Below the pieces are notes generated by a model. That model ran no database searches and was not told where the DNA came from. It was given only the letters and a program-made list of their open reading frames with translations. Below are positions 57,477 through 64,000 of a stretch of DNA of 64,000 nt, piece after piece. How positions within the stretch are numbered: the stretch's first letter is position 1; each line of letters starts with the position of its first letter. The translations under genes were made by a program, and so were the position numbers. The DNA is from Ferruginibacter sp. (GTDB lineage: Bacteria > Bacteroidota > Bacteroidia > Chitinophagales > Chitinophagaceae), in the NCBI GenBank assembly GCA_043736415.1, contig JAYTCO010000280.1, positions 557 to 64,556 on the forward strand, read 5' to 3'.

Positions 57477-58124
57477 ATGGGCTTTAATTCAATTCTAAAA
57501 ATATTTTTACCTAAGGATAGAATTTTCTATCAACTGTTTGAAAATGTTGCCGGTGTGCTCGTAAATATGGGAGATAAATTGAAAGAAGTTGTAAATGAAC
57601 CGGATTTTGAGAAGCGTGCAAAATTGATAAAAGATGTAGAGGATTTAGAGCATGTAAACGATGATTATACGCACCAGATATTTACAGAACTTGGTAAAAA
57701 TTTTATAACTCCTTTTGATAGGGAAGATATTCATTACCTCGCTTCAGCACTTGATGATATTGCTGACTACATTTATGCATCAGCAAAAAAGATAAACTTT
57801 TACAGAGTAAATCCCGATGATATTGGTATCCGCAAATTTGGAGATCTTATTGCCCTTGGTTGCGTGCAGGTACACAAAGCCGTAACAGAACTTCGCAACA
57901 TGAAAAACATGCGCCAGATTACAGATGCTCTTGTAGCCATAAACAGTATTGAAAATCAGGGCGATGATATTTTTGACATGAGTATTGAACGACTTTTTGC
58001 AACAGAGCCCGATGCTAAAGAAGTTATAAAAAAGAGAGAGATTTATCAGGTAATGGAAATTGTTACAGATAAATGTGAAGATGCAGCAAATGTTATAGAA
58101 AGTATTATTGTGAAATATGCCTAA
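57477..58124 (+). CDS. DUF47 / PhoU-like phosphate-transport accessory protein (TIGR00153 family)
   Basis: Start at ATG 57477 (MGFNSILKIF). The helical PhoU-like pattern E...D......L...F.TPFDREDI..L...LDDI.D is present. It is paired with the PiT gene. Confidence 0.75.
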   Translation: MGFNSILKIFLPKDRIFYQLFENVAGVLVNMGDKLKEVVNEPDFEKRAKLIKDVEDLEHVNDDYTHQIFTELGKNFITPFDREDIHYLASALDDIADYIYASAKKINFYRVNPDDIGIRKFGDLIALGCVQVHKAVTELRNMKNMRQITDALVAINSIENQGDDIFDMSIERLFATEPDAKEVIKKREIYQVMEIVTDKCEDAANVIESIIVKYA

Positions 58125-58191
58125 CATAATTGATGCTTTTTAAAGCACCATTATGCCCCTGTAACTTTTTTTCTTTTTATAATTAATTCTC

Positions 58192-59334
58192 ATGGCATCC
58201 ATTCTCATTATAATAATTATTCTGGCCATTGTATTTGATTACATCAATGGTTTTCACGATGCTGCAAATTCAATTGCTACCATTGTTTCTACAAAAGTAT
58301 TAACCCCTTTTCAGGCAGTAATATGGGCAGCATTTTTCAACTTCGTAGCTTTTTTTATATTTAGTGATCATGCAGTTGCTAACACTGTAGCAAAAACAGT
58401 TCATGCAGATGTAGTTAATGGCAGCAATGGAATGGTCATTATCTTATCAGGCCTAATATCCGCAATTTGCTGGAATTTGCTTACCTGGTGGTATGGTATT
58501 CCTTCATCTTCATCTCACACCCTTATAGGCGGTTTTGCAGGCGCAGCTATTGCAGCGGCAGGTTTCAGCAGCATTGATACTTCTATGATTATGAAAACGG
58601 TTATATTCATTGTATTGGCACCGTTAATAGGCATGTTTATGTCAATATTTATTTCCATTATAACCATGCAGCGGAGTTTTTGGCTCAAAATATCCATCAT
58701 TGCTGTGTTGGTAACAGTTTGTGTAATTTTTATACCTTTTAAAAAAGAGTTTGAAAGATGGGGTCTGCTAGGTTTGGGAGTTATTTTTATGCTGAGTTAT
58801 TTTTATAATTACTTGAGGGGTGAATCTGCTCAGCGTACCCAGAATATGTATAAAAAACTGCAGTTGGTGTCTTCTGCCTTTTTTAGCATTGGGCATGGCG
58901 GTAGCGATGCACAGAAGGTAATGGGTATTATTACGGTAGCTTTAATTGCCGGAGGTAAAATCCAGACTTTTAGCCAGATGCCGGATTGGGTGCCACTTGC
59001 GTGTTACTCAGCTATTGGTTTGGGTACTATGAGTGGCGGCTGGAAAATTATTAAAACCATGGGCACAAAAATTACAAAGGTTACTCCGCTTGAAGGTGTT
59101 TGTGCAGAAACTGCTGGTGCTATAACATTGTTTACAGCAGCAAGCCTTGGCGCTCCCGTAAGTACCACGCATACCATAACCGGTGCAATTATTGGCGTTG
59201 GTGCTACCAAAAGATTAAGTGCTGTTCGTTGGGGAGTTACCATTAATCTTGTTTGGGCATGGATACTTACTATACCTGTTAGTGGTTTGCTCGCAGCCAT
59301 TATATATTATCTTCTTCATGCAATTTTGGGATAA
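58192..59334 (+). CDS. pit: Inorganic phosphate transporter, PiT (PHO4) family
   Basis: NGFHDAANSIAT and a second GGSDAQK repeat are present, with about 10 TM segments. Confidence 0.85.
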   Translation: MASILIIIIILAIVFDYINGFHDAANSIATIVSTKVLTPFQAVIWAAFFNFVAFFIFSDHAVANTVAKTVHADVVNGSNGMVIILSGLISAICWNLLTWWYGIPSSSSHTLIGGFAGAAIAAAGFSSIDTSMIMKTVIFIVLAPLIGMFMSIFISIITMQRSFWLKISIIAVLVTVCVIFIPFKKEFERWGLLGLGVIFMLSYFYNYLRGESAQRTQNMYKKLQLVSSAFFSIGHGGSDAQKVMGIITVALIAGGKIQTFSQMPDWVPLACYSAIGLGTMSGGWKIIKTMGTKITKVTPLEGVCAETAGAITLFTAASLGAPVSTTHTITGAIIGVGATKRLSAVRWGVTINLVWAWILTIPVSGLLAAIIYYLLHAILG

Positions 59335-59400
59335 TATTTATTTTACTTGTTATGGACTTCATTTTGTTTACAGCAAGGTAAAATTCACTTTCTTTGCCAC

Positions 59401-60426
59401 ATGAAATTAATACTTGTAACAGGTGGTTGTGGTTACATAGGGTCTCACACCATTGTAGACCTTATTGAAAATGGCTATGATGTAATCAGTATTGACAATA
59501 ACAGCCGCAGCAATGAAAGTATTCTATTAGGAGTTGAAAAAATAACCGGTAAAAAAGTAAAAAACTACAAAGTAGATCTATGCATTTACGATGATGTGTA
59601 TGCAGTTTTTCAGGAGAATCCATTAATAGAAGGAATTATACATTTTGCAGCTTACAAGGCGGTTGGAGAATCAGTAGATAAACCCATGATGTACTTTGAA
59701 AATAACATCAGTTCACTTATAAATATTTTGAAATGTGCGCAGGAAATGAAAGTACCACATTTTGTTTTTTCCTCTTCCTGCACAGTTTACGGCAATCCGG
59801 ATGTTATGCAGGTGACTGAATCTACCCCACAAAAAAAAGCAGCATCTCCCTACGGCCTCACCAAACAAATTGGGGAAAGCATAGTAGAAAATATTGTTGA
59901 TAAATGCAATACCAATGCAGTTTTGCTTAGGTATTTTAATCCCGTTGGTGCACACCCATCTATTGCAATTGGTGAATTACCACTTGGCAAACTGCAAAAC
60001 CTTATACCGGCAATTACACAAACTGCTATAGGAAAATTACCGCAAATGACCGTTTTTGGTGCAGATTACGATACCAAAGATGGCAGTTGTATCAGGGATT
60101 TTATACACGTATCAGATATAGCACATGCTCATACACTTGCTTTAAAGTTTTTAGAATTAAAAAAAGAAGAAAACACCTGCGAAATCTTTAACCTTGGTAC
60201 AGGTGATGGCTACAGTGTGCTCGAAGTAATTAAAGCATTTGAAAAAGAAAATAATGTACAATTAAATTATATAATTGGGCCAAAAAGAGATGGAGATATT
60301 GTTGCCATTTATGCAAACAACAATAAGGCAAAAGACTTGCTGAAATGGATTCCATCCTTAACAATTAAGGATATGGTAAAAACTGCCTGGCTTTGGGAAT
60401 TAAGTCTTCAAAGCCATAGCCAATAA
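59401..60426 (+). CDS. galE: UDP-glucose 4-epimerase
   Basis: Start at MKLILVTGGCGYIGSH. The catalytic YxxxK (SPYGLTK) and a C-terminal GalE-like block are present. Confidence 0.85.
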   Translation: MKLILVTGGCGYIGSHTIVDLIENGYDVISIDNNSRSNESILLGVEKITGKKVKNYKVDLCIYDDVYAVFQENPLIEGIIHFAAYKAVGESVDKPMMYFENNISSLINILKCAQEMKVPHFVFSSSCTVYGNPDVMQVTESTPQKKAASPYGLTKQIGESIVENIVDKCNTNAVLLRYFNPVGAHPSIAIGELPLGKLQNLIPAITQTAIGKLPQMTVFGADYDTKDGSCIRDFIHVSDIAHAHTLALKFLELKKEENTCEIFNLGTGDGYSVLEVIKAFEKENNVQLNYIIGPKRDGDIVAIYANNNKAKDLLKWIPSLTIKDMVKTAWLWELSLQSHSQ

Positions 60427-60505
60427 GGGTTTCCACTTTATTTGTATCATAACTATTCAAAATAAATTATTAACCTTTACTTTGTAAATCAATAAAATAA
60501 AATAC

Positions 60506-61462
60506 ATGCTAAGTGACATTGAAGTAACCGGTAAAAAAGATACCAGAAGTGGTTTTGGAGATGGACTTTTGGAGGCTGCAACTGCTAATGAAAATATTGT
60601 CGCCCTTACGGCTGACCTTGCAGGATCTTTAAAATTAGGACCATTTATAAAAGCTTTTCCTGATAGGTTTATACAGTGCGGTATTGCAGAAGCAAATATG
60701 ATTGGCATTGCTGCCGGTTTAACCATTGGCGGTAAAATTCCGTACACCACAACTTTTGCAAACTTTAGCACAGGTCGTGTGTATGACCAGATAAGGCAAA
60801 GTGTGGCTTATAGTGGTAAAAATGTAAAAATATGTGCCTCGCATGCTGGACTTACTTTGGGAGAAGATGGTGCAACACACCAAATTTTAGAAGACATTGG
60901 GTTAATGAAAATGTTACCCGGTATGACGGTTATTGTACCATGCGATTATAACCAAACCAAAGCTGCTACAAAAGCTATTGCAGATTATGAAGGCCCTGTT
61001 TACCTGCGTTTCGGGAGACCTGTATGGCCCATTTTTACTAAAGAAGAAGATTTTAAAATAGGTAAAGCACAAATATTAAATGAGGGAAAAGATATTTCCA
61101 TTTTTGCATGTGGTCACTTGGTTTGGAAGGCTGTTGAAGCAGCCAGAATTTTAGAAGCAAGAGGTATTAGTGTAGATTTAATAAATATTCACACAATTAA
61201 ACCACTGGATACTGAAGCCATCATTGCATCTATAAAGAAAACAGGTTGTGCAGTTACAGCAGAGGAGCACAATATTTTGGGAGGCCTTGGAGACAGTATC
61301 GCTCAAACCGCAGCCAAAAACCATCCTATTCCCATTGAATACATTGGTACAAATGATACTTTTGGCGAAAGCGGAAAGCCTGAAGATTTATTGGTGAAAT
61401 ATGGTTTAGATACTGATAATATTGTAGCAGCTGCAGATAAAGTTTTAGCAAGAAAAAAATAG
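60506..61462 (+). CDS. Transketolase, C-terminal subunit (pyrimidine-binding + C-terminal domains)
   Basis: 318 aa. RSGFGDGL, CGIAEANM and GEDGATHQ are motifs of the split-transketolase C-terminal subunit. No N-terminal subunit is adjacent. Confidence 0.8.
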   Translation: MLSDIEVTGKKDTRSGFGDGLLEAATANENIVALTADLAGSLKLGPFIKAFPDRFIQCGIAEANMIGIAAGLTIGGKIPYTTTFANFSTGRVYDQIRQSVAYSGKNVKICASHAGLTLGEDGATHQILEDIGLMKMLPGMTVIVPCDYNQTKAATKAIADYEGPVYLRFGRPVWPIFTKEEDFKIGKAQILNEGKDISIFACGHLVWKAVEAARILEARGISVDLINIHTIKPLDTEAIIASIKKTGCAVTAEEHNILGGLGDSIAQTAAKNHPIPIEYIGTNDTFGESGKPEDLLVKYGLDTDNIVAAADKVLARKK

Positions 61463-61481
61463 TAAAGAAAAAAAATACATT

Positions 61482-61516
61482 AAAAAAGCACGCATTTTAA
61501 AATGCGTGCTTTTTTA
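61482..61516. terminator. Bidirectional terminator (aaaaaagcacgcatttt|aaaatgcgtgctttttt)
   Basis: Perfect palindrome with an A-run and a T-run, between the convergent transketolase and rhodopsin genes. Confidence 0.75.
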
Positions 61517-61534
61517 ATGTAATAATTTATTAAG

Positions 61535-62287
61535 TTATCCTGTTGCTGCATTCTTTTCAGAACGACTAAGAGCATATATAACCAAACCGAAACCGATTTT
61601 GTTAACTGCATCTCCAATGTTGTAAACGATATCCATTGCTTGCTTTGCAGCAGCTCTGTCAGAAACCATTTCTATTCCAAACAATCCGCCTTTGGTACCT
61701 AATATATATCCTAATGGATAAATAGCCCAACCCACTAATACGAACCATCCAAGTGTTTTAACTGCACTTGTAACAGCCGGTGTAGATGCGCTTGCAAGTT
61801 TTGCAACATCTCCAAACCATACAAGATATACGATATAGAAATATGCCAATCCACTAACTAAACCCCATACCCAGCTTACTGTATCTTCAGGATGAATTGC
61901 TTCACCTATGTAACCTGTAACAAGCATTACTACAGAAGCGAAAATTAACTTCCAAAGCAAACTAACTTTTGCACCCACTTTTTTTGTGATAAGATAAAAC
62001 TCAACACACATAAGTGGCACAGTCAATAACCAGTCAACATAACGGAAAAATGTTGGAGAATCTCCGGTGTCCAGATTGTAACCTCTCATGTAGTAGTAAT
62101 GCACTGCTGCAATACCAGTTATTAGACCTGAAACTAAAACAGATGTACGCCACTCAGGGGCAGTATTACCTGTTTCGATAAAAAAGAATACGGCAGCGGC
62201 CATCATAGCCATTGTACCGACAAAGAATGTAAACGCTACGTAGTTGTTTGTAGCAATCGGCTTAATGTCAAGCAGAATTTGTAACAT
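61535..62287 (-). CDS. Proteorhodopsin-type light-driven proton pump (DTE motif)
   Basis: 250 aa, 7 TM. RYVDWLLTVPLMCVEFYL gives D/T/E at the PR 97/101/108 positions and Met at the 105 tuning site. AAVHYYYM carries the His75 equivalent. GDAVNKIGFG carries the Asp227 and Schiff-base Lys231 equivalents. Confidence 0.9.
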   Translation of the reverse strand: MLQILLDIKPIATNNYVAFTFFVGTMAMMAAAVFFFIETGNTAPEWRTSVLVSGLITGIAAVHYYYMRGYNLDTGDSPTFFRYVDWLLTVPLMCVEFYLITKKVGAKVSLLWKLIFASVVMLVTGYIGEAIHPEDTVSWVWGLVSGLAYFYIVYLVWFGDVAKLASASTPAVTSAVKTLGWFVLVGWAIYPLGYILGTKGGLFGIEMVSDRAAAKQAMDIVYNIGDAVNKIGFGLVIYALSRSEKNAATG

Positions 62288-62510
62288 AAGGGTTTAGTTT
62301 TAATTGTTGAGTTTTGAATAAAATAACTAACGATAATTTGTATAGATAAAATTAGTACTTTCACATTCCAATAACATATTTTTTAAAAGTTTTTTTATTA
62401 AAAAACGAGATAATTTTATAATTAGCTGATTATTAAAGAATTAATATTAAAAATAAAAATAATTTTCCCGAATTTGAAAATTCAGTTCTAATTGCCAAAA
62501 CTATAATTGA

Positions 62511-63485
62511 ATGAAAAGATTGTCAACCATAAATTATTATAATACAGAATCTATCCTGCTGATTTTGGGTGTTTTACTTTTGATTACTCATTATTACATT
62601 TTTCCGATAGATCCAAAAGTTCAGATGATTATTTTACTTACGTTGGTAATTTTAGTGGGTGTACCTCACGGAGCTTTAGATTTTTTGGTAGATGAACAAA
62701 CCAAAGTTGCCTTACAACAAAATTTTTCTATAAAAAAGTTCGTAATACTTTATTTATTCAGGCTTTTTTCTTTTGCGCTTATCTGGATTTTTCCGTGGGT
62801 AGCATTTTCAATATTCATGGTATTTTCTATTTATCATTTTGGAGAAACAGATATGGCTGGGTTGCTAAAAACCAAAAAAAAATCAGGTATTTTATATGTT
62901 GCTTATGGCGCATTTATCCTCGGCGTATTGTTACTTGTACACCTCCCTCAAATAAAAGACACCCTACCGGTTATTAAAAACTTTGTTGAGAACAGTGATT
63001 TATACTTGCTATTAGAAGCCAATCGTTACCTTATCATTATGGCTTTGGGCTTTATATTTATTGTAGCAATTGTATACCAAAAGTCAATTGATAATATAGA
63101 AGTTAGCTTACCACAACTTGTTAGGCTTATCGTTTTACTAGCCATTATTACTCTATTACCCCTTTTGATGGCTTTTACCTTTTATTTTGCTTTGTGGCAC
63201 TCAATTCTTTCTGTAAGAAATATATTTTCCTATTTTAAATCATTTAACAACGATAAAAAATTTGCAATTATATGTAATAAAAGTATTCTTTTTAGTCTTT
63301 TGGCGTTGGGTGGAATGTTTATGATATTTTTTGTTTTGAATTATTTTTTACCGGATATGAATATGCTTTTTGCCCTGCTTATTATATTATCTGTACTCAC
63401 CTTACCACATTTACAGGTTATGCACCGTATGTACCAAAATCTAAACATCAAGAACAACAGTTTGCCTGTTTTAAGTACTCAGTAA
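62511..63485 (+). CDS. blh: Brp/Blh family beta-carotene 15,15'-dioxygenase (retinal synthesis)
   Basis: 324 aa, multi-TM, with conserved His motifs (VGVPHGALDF, IYHFGETD, ALWHS, LPHLQVMH). It is divergent from the rhodopsin gene. Confidence 0.8.
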   Translation: MKRLSTINYYNTESILLILGVLLLITHYYIFPIDPKVQMIILLTLVILVGVPHGALDFLVDEQTKVALQQNFSIKKFVILYLFRLFSFALIWIFPWVAFSIFMVFSIYHFGETDMAGLLKTKKKSGILYVAYGAFILGVLLLVHLPQIKDTLPVIKNFVENSDLYLLLEANRYLIIMALGFIFIVAIVYQKSIDNIEVSLPQLVRLIVLLAIITLLPLLMAFTFYFALWHSILSVRNIFSYFKSFNNDKKFAIICNKSILFSLLALGGMFMIFFVLNYFLPDMNMLFALLIILSVLTLPHLQVMHRMYQNLNIKNNSLPVLSTQ

Positions 63486-63491
63486 TACTAT

Positions 63492-64000
63492 TTACAATAA
63501 CCATTTTATTTCTCCAGAATTAAACTGCCTTTCAAAAGCATCATAAGTTATTAATTGCCCCTGCCTGTTTACTTCTTTTATACAAGTGCTAAAAATGATG
63601 TTTTCTTTTTTCATTTTTACTGTTTCATTTTTCTTGTAAAGCTGTTTGTTATAATAATCAAAATAGAAATCTTCTCCAACGTGGTTTATCTCTTTAAAAT
63701 TTACTAAAAGTAATTTGTGCAGTTTTTTTGCTAATTCTATTGGATTAAAAATTTGGCTACAAACAGTTTTTAAGGAAGTAGCATTTATGTTTTCGGGTCC
63801 AAAATTTATTTGATTTACATTAAACCCAATACCGATAACAGCCCATAACCATTCTTTATTAGAAAATATATTTTCAATTAAAATTCCTCCTGCCTTTCTG
63901 TCATTAAAATAAATATCATTTGGCCATTTTATATAAGTCTCCTGCCCGGTAATACCTAAGGAAAACTGGTGACAAGTGCAAGCAACTACTGCGTTAAACA
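63492..64000 (-). CDS. birA: Biotin--[acetyl-CoA-carboxylase] ligase, C-terminal part (5' end outside the window)
   Basis: My own minus-strand translation gives ...KWPNDIYFNDRKAGGILIEN...IGIGFNVNQ...GEIKWLL*. KWPND...K.GGIL.E is the BirA signature. It is absent from the ORF track because the start is outside the window. Confidence 0.7.
   Translation of the reverse strand, partial: FNAVVACTCHQFSLGITGQETYIKWPNDIYFNDRKAGGILIENIFSNKEWLWAVIGIGFNVNQINFGPENINATSLKTVCSQIFNPIELAKKLHKLLLVNFKEINHVGEDFYFDYYNKQLYKKNETVKMKKENIIFSTCIKEVNRQGQLITYDAFERQFNSGEIKWLL

Noticed and set aside
60506-61462. Transketolase C-terminal subunit without an adjacent N-terminal subunit (possible orphan or pseudo-operon).
   Set aside because: Split transketolase genes can be unlinked, and the partner may simply lie outside the window. 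Nothing in the sequence indicates decay.
1-64000. Search for CRISPR arrays, tRNA/rRNA genes, IS elements, integrases, prophage or defence-system genes.
   Set aside because: No regularly spaced direct repeats, no tRNA-like T-arm motifs (GGTTCGAATCC-type), and no transposase, integrase, helicase or methylase ORFs were seen. The only mobile-looking unit is the IR-flanked four-helix-bundle cassette. The ATP-cone/PD-(D/E)xK gene lacks any defence-island context.

Overview
This is a 64-kb chromosomal window from a low-GC Bacteroidota genome. The phylum call rests on T9SS C-terminal sorting domains, CarboxypepD_reg-type TonB-dependent receptors and a Bacteroidota-style REP hairpin. All homology calls were made by eye or from memory, with no searches run. 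I see about 65 protein genes and no rRNA, tRNA, CRISPR array, transposase or integrase.

Layout:
- 1-10.7 kb: housekeeping and stress genes (T9SS cargo, RlmI-like methyltransferase, ackA-xfp phosphoketolase pair, Met-rich metal-binding protein, AlkB, trans-sulfuration enzyme).
- 10.7-16.5 kb, plus strand: a cbb3-type oxidase cluster followed by six small uncharacterised genes.
- 16.5-35.4 kb, minus strand: 16-17 consecutive genes. They encode a PAS histidine kinase, a receiver-CRP/FNR fusion regulator, thioredoxin, two P2-type ATPases, an ATP-cone/PD-(D/E)xK protein, FbaB, PfkB, LdhA, three tandem-USP proteins, a Tat-signal Acg-type nitroreductase, DUF1275 and an FMN reductase.
- 35.5-53.5 kb: two TonB-dependent receptors, GHL10, MarR, an AI-2E transporter, a radical SAM/SPASM protein, PAP2, an M1 peptidase, a GH25 lysozyme and a MerC-SCO-Fur-DUF4920 metal cluster.
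- 54.1-57.3 kb: an ars operon (ArsR, DUF6428, metallophosphoesterase, ACR3) interrupted by a four-helix-bundle gene cassette, divergent from PhoU-like/PiT genes.
- 59.4-64 kb: galE, a transketolase C-terminal subunit, a DTE-motif proteorhodopsin with divergent blh, and partial birA.

The most interesting signal is the 10.7-35.4 kb region, which reads as a hypoxia or dormancy-type island. Four perfect TGAT-N4-ATCA (FNR/FixK-like) boxes occur only in its promoter regions. Its likely controller is a FixL-like kinase plus a REC-CRP fusion, which would be a collapsed FixL-FixJ-FixK logic. Its gene content parallels the mycobacterial DosR regulon.

Other items worth a second look are an in-frame stop inside a T9SS sorting domain, a GC-rich structured element upstream of a TonB receptor, an IR-flanked cassette inside the ars operon, and several perfect palindromes.
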